Assembly: GCA_937146765.1 (NCBI GenBank)
Contig: CAKZRP010000068.1
Span: 4,530-68,529 of the forward strand
From: an uncultured Rhodobacteraceae bacterium
GTDB taxonomy: Bacteria; Pseudomonadota; Alphaproteobacteria; Rhodobacterales; Rhodobacteraceae
Direction of reading: 5' to 3'
Length of the DNA stretch: 64,000 nt
Part shown: positions 35,979 to 45,988 of the stretch, in pieces
Numbering within the stretch: the first letter of the stretch is position 1
Layout: every line of letters starts with the position of its first letter
Notes under the pieces: generated by a model
Seen by the model: the letters and a program-made list of their open reading frames with translations, nothing else
Database searches by the model: none
Told to the model about the DNA's origin: nothing
Program-made: the position numbers and the translations under genes

Positions 35979-38846
35979 ATGAGCCAAGATCCTGCCAGCC
36001 TCCGGCCGCACGCCACACCTTTGTTCCCGCCCGCCGCCTCAGGGCTGGTGCTCCGGCGCTGCCCGCGCCCCTATGACGCCAGTCTCGGACAGGAGGCCAG
36101 CGCGCCCCTGTCGCATTTGCCCGCCGATTGGCGGCAGCTGCTGGTCGGCACCGCCGGCAGCAGCCCTTACCTGATGTCGCTTGTCACCTCGGAACGGAAC
36201 TGGCTGGAAGAGGCGCTGAGCGGCCCCGAAGCCGCGCGCGAGGCCCTGTTCCAGAGCTGCCGTGCCTGTGCGCCCGATCAGCTCAAGTCGCATTTGCGCG
36301 CCGCCAAGCGCCGCATCGCGCTCCTCTGCGCGCTTTGCGACCTCGCCGGTCATTGGCCGCTTGAGGAGGTCACCGGCACCCTCACCCGCTTTGGCGAACT
36401 GGCGGTGGATCTGGCGCTGAAGGCGGAGATCGCGCTGCTGTTGAAACGCGGCAAGCTGCCCGGAATGGGCGAGGAAGACCTTGCCACCGCCGCCGGCATG
36501 GCCGTCTTTGCCATGGGCAAGATGGGCGCCTACGAGCTCAACTACAGTTCCGACATCGACCTGATCTGCCTCTTTGACGAGACGCGTTATGATCCGGCGG
36601 ATTTCATGGAGGCGCGGCAGGCCCTCGTGCGCGCCACCCGCAACATGAGCGCCGCGCTCAACGACCGCACGGCAGAGGGCTATGTCTTCCGCACCGACCT
36701 GCGGCTGCGACCCGACCCTTCGGTGACCCCGGTGGCGCTGGCGATGGAGGCGGCGGAACGCTATTACGAGAGCCTCGGGCGCACCTGGGAACGCGCCGCC
36801 TATATCAAGGCCCGTGCCTGCGCCGGCGACATCGCCGCGGGCGAGAAGTTTCTCAAGACCCTCACGCCCTTTGTCTGGCGGCGGCACCTGGATTTCGCCG
36901 CCATCGAGGACGCCCACAACATGCGGCTCAGGATCCGCGAGAACAAGGGCACCGGCGGCCCGCTTTCGGTGCTGGGCCATGACATGAAGCTCGGGCGCGG
37001 TGGCATCCGCGAGATCGAGTTCTTCACCCAGACCCGTCAGCTGATCGCCGGCGGGCGGGACCTGTCGCTGCGGGTGCGCGGCACGGTGGAGGGGCTGGAG
37101 GCGCTCGCGGCGGCGGGCTGGATTACGTCGGAGGTGACAGAAACCCTGTCGCGGCGCTACCGACAGCACCGCGAGGTGGAGCACCGCATCCAGATGGTAC
37201 ATGACGCCCAGACCCACAAGATGCCCACCACCGAGGAGGGGCTGGCCCGGGTGGCCTGCCTGATGGATCAGGATCCCGAGGTGTTGCTGGCCACCCTGCG
37301 CGACCGGCTGGAGGAGGTGCACCGGCTGACCGAGGATTTCTTTGTCCCCGGTGCGCCTGCGGTCAAACCCGCTGCCGCCCCGCTGCCCGAGCTGCTGGAT
37401 CCGGCGGTGATCGGGCGCTGGTGCACCTATCCGGCGCTGCGCTCGGACCGCGCGGCGCGGATCTTCGAGCGACTGAAGCCGGAGCTTCTGGGACGGCTCT
37501 CGCGCGCGGCCAACCCGGGCGAGGCGCTTCTGGCGCTGGATGGTTTCCTTGCGGGGATGCCGGCCGGGGTGCAGATCTTCTCGCTCTTCGAGGCCAACCC
37601 GCAGCTTATCGACCTCTTGGTGGATATTGTCGGCACCTCGCCGGCGCTGGCCAATTACCTGTCGCGCAACGCCGGTGTCTTCGATGCGGTGCTGGATGGC
37701 GGCTTCTTTGCGCAATGGCCGGGGCGGACAGCGCTGACGGCGGAGCTGAGCACGGCGCTGGCGGCCGAGGGCGATTATGAGCGCCAGCTCGATCTTGCCC
37801 GGCGCTGGCACAAGGAATGGCATTTCCGCACCGGGGTGCATCACCTGCGCGGGCTGATCGACGCCACCGAGGCCGGGGTGCAATACGCCGAGCTGGCCGA
37901 TGCGGTGATCGCGGCGCTCTTGCCGCAGGTTGTGGCGCAGTTTGCCGCCAAGCACGGGCCGATGCCCGGACGTGGCTGCGTCATCCTCGGCATGGGATCG
38001 CTTGGGGCAGGGCGGCTCAGCGCCACCTCTGACCTCGATCTGATCATGATCTATGACCCGCTGGCAGCGGAAATGTCCGAGGGCAAGCGCCCGCTGGCAG
38101 TGCGGCCCTATTATGCCCGCCTGACCCAGGCCATGGTCACCGCCCTCACCGCGCCGATGGCCGAGGGGCGGCTTTACGAGGTCGACATGCGCCTGCGGCC
38201 CTCGGGCAATCAGGGGCCGGTGGCCACCAGCTGGGCCAGTTTTACCCAGTATCAGCAGAGCGATGCCTGGGTCTGGGAACATCTTGCCCTGACCCGTGCC
38301 CGGGTGGTGGCCGGAGAGGCGCGCCTCGGCCAGGATGTAGAGGCCTTTCGCAGTGGTTTCCTGGCCGCGCCGCGCGACAGGGAGGTGGTGCTGGGCGAGG
38401 TGGCCGAGATGCGCGCACGGCTGGCGGCGGCCAAGACCCCCGAGGGGCCCTGGGATGCCAAGACCGGGCCGGGGCGGATGCTCGACATCGAACTCGCCGC
38501 GCAGGCAGGCACCTTGCTGGCAGGGCAGCCCAGCCGCTCGGTGCCCGAGGGGCTCGCCGCCGGTGTCGCCGCAGGCTGGCTGAGTGACGCGGATGCGCAG
38601 GCGCTGGCCGCCGCCTACCGCCTATATTGGTCGGTGCAGAGCGCCGCGCGGCTGGTGTCCGGCCGGGGCGCCGGCGAGGCGATGCGCGGCGAGGGGGGGG
38701 CGGCTTTCCTGTTGCGCAGTACCGGCCAGTCGACGGTGCGGGCTCTGGAAGGCGAATTGATGCAGGCCTACGCGGCCTCTGCCGCGCGGATCGACGCGGC
38801 GGTGGGGCCAGTGCGGCAAAAGGAGGAAGCGGGTGACACCGGGTGA
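35979..38846 (+). CDS. glnE: Bifunctional glutamine synthetase adenylyltransferase/adenylyl-removing enzyme
   Basis: About 950 aa with two nucleotidyltransferase halves (GKMGAYELNYSSDIDLI and GMGSLGAGRLSATSDLDLI). The start is uncertain; it is the first in-frame ATG after the AT-richer gap. Confidence 0.9.
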   Translation: MSQDPASLRPHATPLFPPAASGLVLRRCPRPYDASLGQEASAPLSHLPADWRQLLVGTAGSSPYLMSLVTSERNWLEEALSGPEAAREALFQSCRACAPDQLKSHLRAAKRRIALLCALCDLAGHWPLEEVTGTLTRFGELAVDLALKAEIALLLKRGKLPGMGEEDLATAAGMAVFAMGKMGAYELNYSSDIDLICLFDETRYDPADFMEARQALVRATRNMSAALNDRTAEGYVFRTDLRLRPDPSVTPVALAMEAAERYYESLGRTWERAAYIKARACAGDIAAGEKFLKTLTPFVWRRHLDFAAIEDAHNMRLRIRENKGTGGPLSVLGHDMKLGRGGIREIEFFTQTRQLIAGGRDLSLRVRGTVEGLEALAAAGWITSEVTETLSRRYRQHREVEHRIQMVHDAQTHKMPTTEEGLARVACLMDQDPEVLLATLRDRLEEVHRLTEDFFVPGAPAVKPAAAPLPELLDPAVIGRWCTYPALRSDRAARIFERLKPELLGRLSRAANPGEALLALDGFLAGMPAGVQIFSLFEANPQLIDLLVDIVGTSPALANYLSRNAGVFDAVLDGGFFAQWPGRTALTAELSTALAAEGDYERQLDLARRWHKEWHFRTGVHHLRGLIDATEAGVQYAELADAVIAALLPQVVAQFAAKHGPMPGRGCVILGMGSLGAGRLSATSDLDLIMIYDPLAAEMSEGKRPLAVRPYYARLTQAMVTALTAPMAEGRLYEVDMRLRPSGNQGPVATSWASFTQYQQSDAWVWEHLALTRARVVAGEARLGQDVEAFRSGFLAAPRDREVVLGEVAEMRARLAAAKTPEGPWDAKTGPGRMLDIELAAQAGTLLAGQPSRSVPEGLAAGVAAGWLSDADAQALAAAYRLYWSVQSAARLVSGRGAGEAMRGEGGAAFLLRSTGQSTVRALEGELMQAYAASAARIDAAVGPVRQKEEAGDTG

Positions 38847-39114
38847 GGAACGGCTGGCGGAGGACCCCAAGGGGCTGATCAGGGAATCCTATCGCATCGA
38901 GGGCATAGACGCGGGCCAATGCCGCAGCATCTTTCTCGACTGGGCGCTCTCGGTCCCGGCGGATCGCAGTGCCGCCGATCTGATGCGCGCCCTGCTGGAG
39001 CGCTACGGCACCGCACACCCGGACCACCCGATGACCGAAGTGCTGCGCCAGGGTCTCGCCGCCAGCCCGCAGCCCCGTCGCAGGGGCGGCTGGCGCAGCC
39101 GTCCGCGCGGATGA
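38833..39114 (+). CDS. Small hypothetical protein overlapping the glnE 3' end by 14 nt
   Basis: 93-aa ORF (LIRESYRIEGIDAGQCRSIFLDWALSVP). The overlap suggests coupling to glnE. No family recognised. Confidence 0.4.
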   Translation: MTPGEERLAEDPKGLIRESYRIEGIDAGQCRSIFLDWALSVPADRSAADLMRALLERYGTAHPDHPMTEVLRQGLAASPQPRRRGGWRSRPRG

Positions 39115-39190
39115 AGGCTCGCCTCGGAGCCCGTCGGCACTTATTGTTTTAGATCTTGGGGCCGTGTCAGACTCGCTGTATGTGAGGCCC

Positions 39191-40423
39191 ATGACAGACA
39201 CAGATCTCACCCCGCCAGCCTCTCCCGTCTCCACGCGTCCGCGCGTGAAGATGAAACCCAAGTCGAATGCCCGCGCGATCCGCCACGGCTTTCCCTGGGT
39301 CTATGCCAATGAGCTGGTCACCGACCGGCGCACCAAGAAACTCGCCCCCGGCAGCCTTGCGGTGCTGGAGGATGAGACCGGCCAGAGCCTTGGCCTGGTG
39401 GCGGTGAACCCGGAAAGCAAGATCATTGCCCGGATGCTGGACCGCGACGCGCAGGCCGAGATCGATGTCGCCTGGTTCGTGAGACGGTTGGAGCGGGCGC
39501 AGGCGCTGCGCAGCCAGCTGTATAACGCCCCGTTTTATCGTCTTGTTCATGCGGAATCCGATGGTCTGCCCGGTGTGGTGATCGACCGCTTTGGCGCGGC
39601 CTGCGTGGTGCAGCCGAACGCCGCTTGGGCCGAGGCGCATCTGGCGGCGCTGACCGAGGCGCTGGCGCAGGTGACCGGCTGCGAGGTGATCCTGAAAAAT
39701 GCCGCTGGCCGCACCCGCAGCCTTGAAGGGCTGGATGATCAGAACGCGGTGCTGAAAGGCACGGCCCCCGAGGCCCCCGTACCGGTCACGATGAATGGCG
39801 CGACCTATATGGCCGACCTCACCGGCGGGCAAAAGACCGGCCTGTTCTATGACCAGCGCGACAACCACGCTTTTGCCGCTCGTCTGGTGGCGCCGGGGGC
39901 TGAGGTTTTGGATGTGTTCTCTCACGTCGGCGGCTTTGGTCTGGCGATGCTGGCTGCCGGTGCGGGGCGCGCGACCTGCGTCGATGGCTCCGCTGCCGCG
40001 CTTGAGCTTGCCTCAGCGGGCGCCGCGGCCTCCGGCCACGGCGACAGGTTTGAAGCCCGTCAAGGCGATGCCTTTGACGTGCTGGCCGCGCTGGCCACCG
40101 AGGGCGTGCAATACGACGTGGTGATCTGTGACCCGCCGGCCTTTGCGCCTACGAAACAAGCGCTGGAGGCCGGTTTGCGGGCCTATGAGCGGGTGGCGAA
40201 ACTGGCAGCCCCCCTGGTGAAGCCGGGCGGTTATCTGGGCCTGTGTTCCTGCTCGCATGCGGTGGACCTCACGCTGTTCCGCAATGCCTCGGCGCGGGGC
40301 ATCGGGCGCGGTGGTCGGCGCGGGCAGCTCTTGCACACCGGCTATGCCGGGGCGGACCATCCGCAGCTGCCGCAGCTGGCCGAGAGTGGCTATCTGAAGG
40401 CGGTGTTCTTCCGGCTCGACTGA
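39191..40423 (+). CDS. Class I SAM-dependent RNA methyltransferase, RlmI-like (PUA-like N-domain + methyltransferase)
   Basis: HGFPWVYANEL N-terminal motif, GLPGVVIDRFG, KTGLFYDQRDN, DVVICDPPAF. The start is 39191 or 39164. Confidence 0.8.
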   Translation: MTDTDLTPPASPVSTRPRVKMKPKSNARAIRHGFPWVYANELVTDRRTKKLAPGSLAVLEDETGQSLGLVAVNPESKIIARMLDRDAQAEIDVAWFVRRLERAQALRSQLYNAPFYRLVHAESDGLPGVVIDRFGAACVVQPNAAWAEAHLAALTEALAQVTGCEVILKNAAGRTRSLEGLDDQNAVLKGTAPEAPVPVTMNGATYMADLTGGQKTGLFYDQRDNHAFAARLVAPGAEVLDVFSHVGGFGLAMLAAGAGRATCVDGSAAALELASAGAAASGHGDRFEARQGDAFDVLAALATEGVQYDVVICDPPAFAPTKQALEAGLRAYERVAKLAAPLVKPGGYLGLCSCSHAVDLTLFRNASARGIGRGGRRGQLLHTGYAGADHPQLPQLAESGYLKAVFFRLD

Positions 40424-40438
40424 CGGAGCGCGCGCGCC

Positions 40439-40978
40439 ATGAAGCTGCTGCTGGATACCTGTGTGCTTTACCCGACGGTGATGCGTGAGATGCTGTTGGG
40501 CGCGGCGCGTGCGGGGCATGTCCAGCCTTTGTGGTCGGCGCGTATCCTTGGCGAATGGGAGCGGGCGGCGCTGAAGCTCGGCCCAATTGGCGCGGCGCAG
40601 GCCAAGGCGGAGATCGCCCTGCTGCGGGCCGCTTGGCCCATGGCAGAGGTCGCGGTGAGCGAGGGTCTTGCCGCGCGGCTCTGGTTGCCGGATGTGAACG
40701 ATGTGCATGTGCTGGCGGCGGCGATTGCGGGCCATGCGGATGCGATTGTCACGATGAATATCAAGGACTTCCCCCGCCATACTCTGGCGGAGGAGGGCTT
40801 GCAGCGGCTTGGGCCGGATGAGCTGCTTTATGACCTCTGGCTGGCAGACCCCGAAAGCATCAACGCGGTGGGCCAAGCGGTTTGGGCCGAGGCCAATCGC
40901 CTGTCGAGCGAGGTCTGGGAGATGCGGGCCCTGTTGAAAAAGGCGCGACTGCCCCGGATTGCCAAGGCGCTGGGGTAA
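40439..40978 (+). CDS. PIN-domain protein with no recognisable cognate antitoxin gene
   Basis: LLLDTCVLYP (first acidic PIN residue), DVNDVHVLAAAIAGHADAIVTMNIKDF. It starts 15 nt after the methyltransferase stop. Confidence 0.75.
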   Translation: MKLLLDTCVLYPTVMREMLLGAARAGHVQPLWSARILGEWERAALKLGPIGAAQAKAEIALLRAAWPMAEVAVSEGLAARLWLPDVNDVHVLAAAIAGHADAIVTMNIKDFPRHTLAEEGLQRLGPDELLYDLWLADPESINAVGQAVWAEANRLSSEVWEMRALLKKARLPRIAKALG

Positions 40979-41009
40979 GGATTGTATAGCCTGACCGTTA
41001 GGTCTGGCA

Positions 41010-41068
41010 GCGCCCGTCCCGCCCCCCACGGGGCGGGCGCTTCGCTTCCACCCCGCCGGGACGGGCGC
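41010..41068. terminator. GC-rich nested inverted repeats between convergent genes
   Basis: Outer 12-bp arms GCGCCCGTCCCG (41010-41021) / CGGGACGGGCGC (41057-41068), and an inner CCCGCCCC / GGGGCGGG hairpin. No clear U-tract. Confidence 0.4.
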
Positions 41069-41081
41069 AGCCCTCGGCGCC

Positions 41082-42068
41082 TTACCCCGCGCGCAAAATC
41101 TCCGCTGCGATCTCAAACGAGCGCAACCGCGCGGCGTGGTCGTGGATCTGGCCGGTCAGGATGACCTCATCCGGCTGGTAGGTCTCGATCAGACGCGCCA
41201 GATCGGCGCGCACCGTCTCCTTGGACCCCACCGCAGAAATGCTCAGCGCTTGGTTGACGCCGGCGAGGATTTCCTGCGCCAGCACCGCGTGGATGTCATC
41301 GACCGGGGCGGGCAGCTTGCCGGGGGTGCCGAGGCGCAGCCGGGCAAAGGCCTGCTGCATGGTGGTGCGCAGGCGAATGCCCTCGGCGTCGGTCTCGGCG
41401 GCAAAGACGTTGATCGCCAGCATGGCGCGCGGCTCGGACAGGGTCTCCGAGGGGCGGAACTGGCGGCGATAGACCTCAAAGGCCTGTTCCAAGGCCTGCG
41501 GCGCGAAATGCGAGGCAAAGGCATAAGGCAGCCCCAGCATGGCGGCGAGCTGCGCGCCATAAAGGCTGGAGCCGAGCATCCAGACCGGCACATGGGTGCC
41601 CTCGCCGGGGATGGCGCGCAGGTTGCTGCCCTCAACCCGCGGCCCGAGGAAGGCGATCAGTTCCTGCACGTCCTGCGGAAAACGGTCGCCCGCCTCATGT
41701 AGCCCGCGCCGCATCGCACGCATGGCTGGCATGTCGGTGCCGGGTGCGCGCCCAAGGCCGAGGTCGATGCGGGGGCCGTGGATTTCGGCCAGGGTGCCAA
41801 AGGCTTCGGCGACCATATAGGGCGCGTGGTTGGGCAGCATGATACCGCCGGCGCCGACCCGAATGGTCGAGGTGGCCTGCGCGATATGGCCGATCATCAC
41901 CGCCGTCGCCGCGCTGGCGATGCCGGGCATGTTATGATGCTCCGCCAGCCAATAACGGTGATAGCCCCAGCCCTCGGCATGGCGGGCGAGGTCGGCGCTG
42001 TTCTGCAAGGCCTGCGCCGTGGTGGAACCCTCCGGGACGGGGGCGAGATCGAGGACGGAATAGCGCAT
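41082..42068 (-). CDS. LLM-class (luciferase-like) flavin-dependent oxidoreductase
   Basis: [11 protein letters not shown]...[21 protein letters not shown] is typical of the YhbW-like LLM subfamily. Confidence 0.85.
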   Translation of the reverse strand: MRYSVLDLAPVPEGSTTAQALQNSADLARHAEGWGYHRYWLAEHHNMPGIASAATAVMIGHIAQATSTIRVGAGGIMLPNHAPYMVAEAFGTLAEIHGPRIDLGLGRAPGTDMPAMRAMRRGLHEAGDRFPQDVQELIAFLGPRVEGSNLRAIPGEGTHVPVWMLGSSLYGAQLAAMLGLPYAFASHFAPQALEQAFEVYRRQFRPSETLSEPRAMLAINVFAAETDAEGIRLRTTMQQAFARLRLGTPGKLPAPVDDIHAVLAQEILAGVNQALSISAVGSKETVRADLARLIETYQPDEVILTGQIHDHAARLRSFEIAAEILRAG

Positions 42069-42160
42069 GAACCTTCTCCTTGCTGGAGGGTTTACCTGTG
42101 GCTTCCGGCGGTGAAGTTCAAGGGGGCGGGGAGAGAAACCCGCGCGTCAAGCAAGAGAGA

Positions 42161-42847
42161 TCACTCGGTGCCCCATTTCGCCTCAAGCCGTTCGAGCGTG
42201 GCGATGCGCTCCTCGGTCTTGGGGTGGCTCATCAGCCAGGCGGGGGCCATGCCGGCGCGCGACTGGGTGAGCGCCTCAAGCTTGGTGAAGAGGCTTTTCT
42301 GCGGGGCAACGCCGATCCCGGCCTTGGCAAGCAGGGCGGCGGCATATTCATCGGCCTCGTATTCATCGCCGCGCGACAGGCGGGCCGCGATCAGGCTGGT
42401 CAGCATATTGGCCACCCAGGGGCCAATCACCGGGACATAGCGCCCCAGCACCATCATCAGTACCGTGCGCAGCGCGTTCTGACCGGAAAAATCCACGATC
42501 CGCCGTCTGGCATGACCCAGCGCCACATGGCCCAGCTCATGAGCGATCACCGAAGCCATCTCCTCGGCGGTGACCTCGCCGGACTGGAACTTGCGGTAGA
42601 ACCCGCGGGTGATGAAGATGCGCCCATCCGGCGCGGCCAGACCGTTCACCGGGTCGATCTCGTAGATATAGACCGGGATGCGCGGCAGTTCGAGCGCGGC
42701 GGCAAGCCGATCTACCACCCGTTTGAGATGAGGATCGGCCAGCTCGGTCGAGCGTGCGTCCAGCTCCCGGTGGGTGCGCCAGACCGAGAGGCGGTACATC
42801 ACGAGGCCGTAGAGCACGGCAAGGAGGATCGGGGTCAATCTCAGCAT
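42161..42847 (-). CDS. M48-family Zn metallopeptidase, membrane-anchored
   Basis: N-terminal TM and the HELGH zinc motif (IAHELGHVALGH), followed by a downstream Glu (GDEYEADEY). Confidence 0.8.
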   Translation of the reverse strand: MLRLTPILLAVLYGLVMYRLSVWRTHRELDARSTELADPHLKRVVDRLAAALELPRIPVYIYEIDPVNGLAAPDGRIFITRGFYRKFQSGEVTAEEMASVIAHELGHVALGHARRRIVDFSGQNALRTVLMMVLGRYVPVIGPWVANMLTSLIAARLSRGDEYEADEYAAALLAKAGIGVAPQKSLFTKLEALTQSRAGMAPAWLMSHPKTEERIATLERLEAKWGTE

Positions 42848-42960
42848 CTGCGTGATATGGGCGAAATTCGCGGCTTCGGCAAGGGTTGGACGGTTTTCAC
42901 GTCCTGGAGCACAGGGCCCGTGTTACTCTGCCGATGGACCCCGGCACAGGAGGACATGGG

Positions 42961-44109
42961 ATGGTGACGGTTCTGGTGGGTACGACAAAGGGCGCATTCC
43001 TGATCGAAGGGGGCGCGGAGCGGACAGGCTGGCAGGTGCGCGGGCCGTTTTGCGACGGCTGGGTGATCAACCACGTGAAGGGCGACCCCGAGACCGGGCA
43101 GCTCTGGGCCGGGGGCGGCGGCGTGTGGACCGGGGCGGGGATCTGGCGGTCGCGCGATGGCGGCGAGAGCTGGCAGGTGGCGCGCCTGACCCGTGGCACG
43201 ATGGACGACTGGGCGGAAAAGGACGAAGACTTCGCCAAGATGGTGGGCTGGACGCCACAAGAACTGCCCTTTGGGGCGGAGTTCCAGCAGATCTGGTCGC
43301 TGGGGCTCGGCGCGGATGCGCTTTATGCGGGGACGAAGCCTGCAAACCTGTTGAAAAGCGTGGATGGCGGCGAAAGCTGGCAGCGGGTGGAGGGGCTGAC
43401 CAACCATCCTTCGGCCGGAAGCTGGACCCCGGGTGGCGCGGGGCTGGTGCTGCATACGATCCTGACCGACCCTGAGCGCCCCGGCCATCTGTGGTGCGGG
43501 ATTTCCGCCGCCGGGGTCTTTGCAAGCGAGGACGGGGGCGAGACCTGGGAGCGGCGCAATCGGCTCTCCAATGCGGAGGCCTGCGCCCACCACGACCACC
43601 CTGCCGCGCCGCGCGATGGGGAGCTCGGGCATTGTGTGCACAACATGATGCGGGCACCGGGCGGCGGCGAGGTGATCTATCAGCAGAACCACCACGGGGT
43701 CTGGCGCTCGCCCGATGGGGGGCGCAGCTGGGAGGATATCACGGCGGGGCTGCCCTCGACCTTTGGTTTTCCGATCCAGGTGCATCCGCGTGATGCGAAT
43801 ACGCTCTGGACCTTGCCGTTGAATGGCGACAGCCAGGGGCGGTTTCCGCCCGATGCGGCGGCGGCGGTCTGGCGGTCGCGCGATGGCGGGCAAAGCTGGC
43901 AAGCCTGTCGCGAGGGGCTGCCGCAGGTGGCCTGTTTCTTCACCGTGCTGCGACAGGCGATGGCGGGTGATGGCCAGGAGCCCGCGGGGGTCTATTTCGG
44001 TACCAATTCCGGCTCGGTCTTTGCCTCGGTGGATGAGGGCGACAGCTGGGTCGAGATCGCGCGGCATTTGCCGACGGTGCTGGCGGTCGAGGTGCTGGAC
44101 CGCGCCTGA
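42961..44109 (+). CDS. BNR/Asp-box repeat beta-propeller protein (sialidase-fold, function unknown)
   Basis: Six SxDxGxxW boxes: SRDGGESW, SVDGGESW, SEDGGETW, SPDGGRSW, SRDGGQSW, SVDEGDSW. SD aggagga lies 6 nt before the ATG at 42961. Confidence 0.7.
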   Translation: MVTVLVGTTKGAFLIEGGAERTGWQVRGPFCDGWVINHVKGDPETGQLWAGGGGVWTGAGIWRSRDGGESWQVARLTRGTMDDWAEKDEDFAKMVGWTPQELPFGAEFQQIWSLGLGADALYAGTKPANLLKSVDGGESWQRVEGLTNHPSAGSWTPGGAGLVLHTILTDPERPGHLWCGISAAGVFASEDGGETWERRNRLSNAEACAHHDHPAAPRDGELGHCVHNMMRAPGGGEVIYQQNHHGVWRSPDGGRSWEDITAGLPSTFGFPIQVHPRDANTLWTLPLNGDSQGRFPPDAAAAVWRSRDGGQSWQACREGLPQVACFFTVLRQAMAGDGQEPAGVYFGTNSGSVFASVDEGDSWVEIARHLPTVLAVEVLDRA

Positions 44110-44175
44110 GGTCACGGTGCCGTGGTTGCAAAACGGGCGCAGCCCTGCGGGCCGCGACAGGTTTGAAAGAGGGCA

Positions 44176-44264
44176 CTGCGCTTCGCGCATTTGCTTTTGA
44201 GGGTTTGCGCTGCGCTTCGCGCATCGCGGGGGGGGCGTGGCCGCGCCTTTGGCGCGGCCACGCC
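44176..44264. repeat. Intergenic direct repeat pair plus 14-bp-stem palindrome
   Basis: ctgcgcttcgcgcat at 44176-44190 and again at 44210-44224. GGCGTGGCCGCGCC-ttt-GGCGCGGCCACGCC at 44234-44264. Confidence 0.8.
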
Positions 44265-44486
44265 GGGCCCAAGGCTTTTGGGGGTGGCTTTGCCGCACCC
44301 ATAAAGGGGCGGGAGCCCCCCCCGTCGCGCGGCAGGACAATAGGTCAGCGCAGCTGACCTGTTGTTTCGCGTGCGAAGCAATGGGGCAGAAGAGGTGATA
44401 CTTTTTGTAGCGGCGTGGCCAGACGGGCCTACCGGATGCGGGTTGCGTCCAGGGCGCGCGGATAGGTTATTGAAATATAACCAAAT

Positions 44487-45671
44487 TCACCGCGTCAGCT
44501 GACGCATTCCCCGCTCCAGCCCATCCAGCGTCATCGGGACCATGCGGTCCTCGAAGATCTCGCGGATCATCTGGATCGAATGGGTATGGGCCCAGTATTT
44601 CTCTGGCAGCGGGTTGATCCAGAGGTTCGCGCCCCACTGCGCCCTTGCCCGCTCCAGCCAGACCTGACCGGACTCGGCGTTCCAATGTTCATTGGCGCCG
44701 CCCGCATAGGCGATCTCATAGGGGCTCATCGAGGCATCGCCCACGAAGATGCATTTGTAATCCGGCCCATAGGTCCGCAGCACCTCATGGGTCGGGGTCT
44801 GCGCGTCCCAGCGGCGGCGGTTGTCGCGCCAGACCCCTTCGTAGAGGCAATTGTGGAAGTAGAAATACTCCAGATGCTTGAACTCGGAGCGCGCGGCGGA
44901 GAACAGCTCCTCCACCACTTTGATATGCGGGTCCATCGAGCCGCCCACGTCGAGAAACAGCAGCACTTTCACCGCATTATGGCGCTCTGGCCTCGTTTTT
45001 ACATCGAGGTAGCCGTGTTCGGCGGTGGCGCGGATGGTGCCGTCGAGATCGAGCTCTTCCGCCGCCCCTTCGCGTACCCAGCGGCGCAGGCGTTTCAGAG
45101 CGACCTTGATGTTGCGGGTGCCAAGTTCCACCTCACCATCGAGGTTTTTGAACTCGCGCTTGTCCCAGACCTTGACCGCGCGCTGGTGGCGGCTTTCCTG
45201 CTGGCCGATCCGCACCCCTTCGGGGTTGTAGCCATAGGCGCCAAAGGGCGAGGTGCCGGCGGTGCCGATCCATTTGTTGCCGCCCTGATGGCGGCCTTGC
45301 TGCTCCTTCAGGCGCTGTTGCAGGGTCTCCATCAGCTTGTCAAAGCCGCCCAGAGCCTCGATCTCGGCGCGTTCTTCGGCGCTGAGGTGCTTTTCGGCCA
45401 TCTTGCGCAGCCACTCTTCGGGGATGTCGACCGCCTCCATCACGGCGGAGGCCGGGATCTGGTCGAGCCCTTCAAAGGTCGCCGCAAAAGCGCGGTCGAA
45501 TTTGTCGAGGTTGCGCTCGTCCTTCACCATCACCACGCGGGCGAGGTAGTAAAAGGCTTCCACGTCATAGGTGGCGAGCCCGGCCTTCAGCCCCTCGAGA
45601 AAGGCGAGATATTCGCGCAGGGAGACCGGCACCGCGGCGGCGCGCAGATTCTCGAAAAAGGGTTGGAACAT
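44487..45671 (-). CDS. VWA-domain protein (CoxE-like)
   Basis: N-terminal LREYLAFLEGLKAG segment and a C-terminal VWA with MIDAS-like LFLDVGGSM. It shares an operon with a MoxR ATPase. Confidence 0.8.
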   Translation of the reverse strand: MFQPFFENLRAAAVPVSLREYLAFLEGLKAGLATYDVEAFYYLARVVMVKDERNLDKFDRAFAATFEGLDQIPASAVMEAVDIPEEWLRKMAEKHLSAEERAEIEALGGFDKLMETLQQRLKEQQGRHQGGNKWIGTAGTSPFGAYGYNPEGVRIGQQESRHQRAVKVWDKREFKNLDGEVELGTRNIKVALKRLRRWVREGAAEELDLDGTIRATAEHGYLDVKTRPERHNAVKVLLFLDVGGSMDPHIKVVEELFSAARSEFKHLEYFYFHNCLYEGVWRDNRRRWDAQTPTHEVLRTYGPDYKCIFVGDASMSPYEIAYAGGANEHWNAESGQVWLERARAQWGANLWINPLPEKYWAHTHSIQMIREIFEDRMVPMTLDGLERGMRQLTR

Positions 45672-45716
45672 CTTAACCTCCGAAGGGGCGAGCCGCGCCC
45701 GCCGTCAGAGCAGCCG

Positions 45717-45884
45717 TCAGAGCATCATCCGGTGGGTCACGATGGTCGCGATGAGGCCGATCATACCAAAGATGATCGCGTAGACAGCCCCGTATTGCAG
45801 CATATCGGCGAGATTGCCGCCACGTTTGCGGGCGGTAAAGGCGCCGAGGGCCGCGCCAAAGAGCAATGCGAAGATGACGATCAT
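45717..45884 (-). CDS. Unlisted 55-aa two-TM micro-protein MIVIFALLFGAALGAFTARKRGGNLADMLQYGAVYAIIFGMIGLIATIVTHRMML
   Basis: Hand-translated; it falls below the ORF-track cutoff. It has two hydrophobic helices separated by a basic loop and lies between the lipoprotein and VWA genes on the same strand. The SD is weak. Confidence 0.45.
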   Translation of the reverse strand: MIVIFALLFGAALGAFTARKRGGNLADMLQYGAVYAIIFGMIGLIATIVTHRMML

Positions 45885-45988
45885 AGGGGGAGTTTCCGCT
45901 TCCTGTGGCCTTGCGCGCCGCCCGGGTCCGACAGAAGGGGCGCGGTGTTGACCCTGCCTATAGCGCGCCGCGCCCGCGAGTGCAAAGG

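Noticed and set aside
36039-38282. 747-aa minus-strand ORF
   Set aside because: It is antisense to glnE, which has clear duplicated nucleotidyltransferase motifs. It is a shadow ORF.
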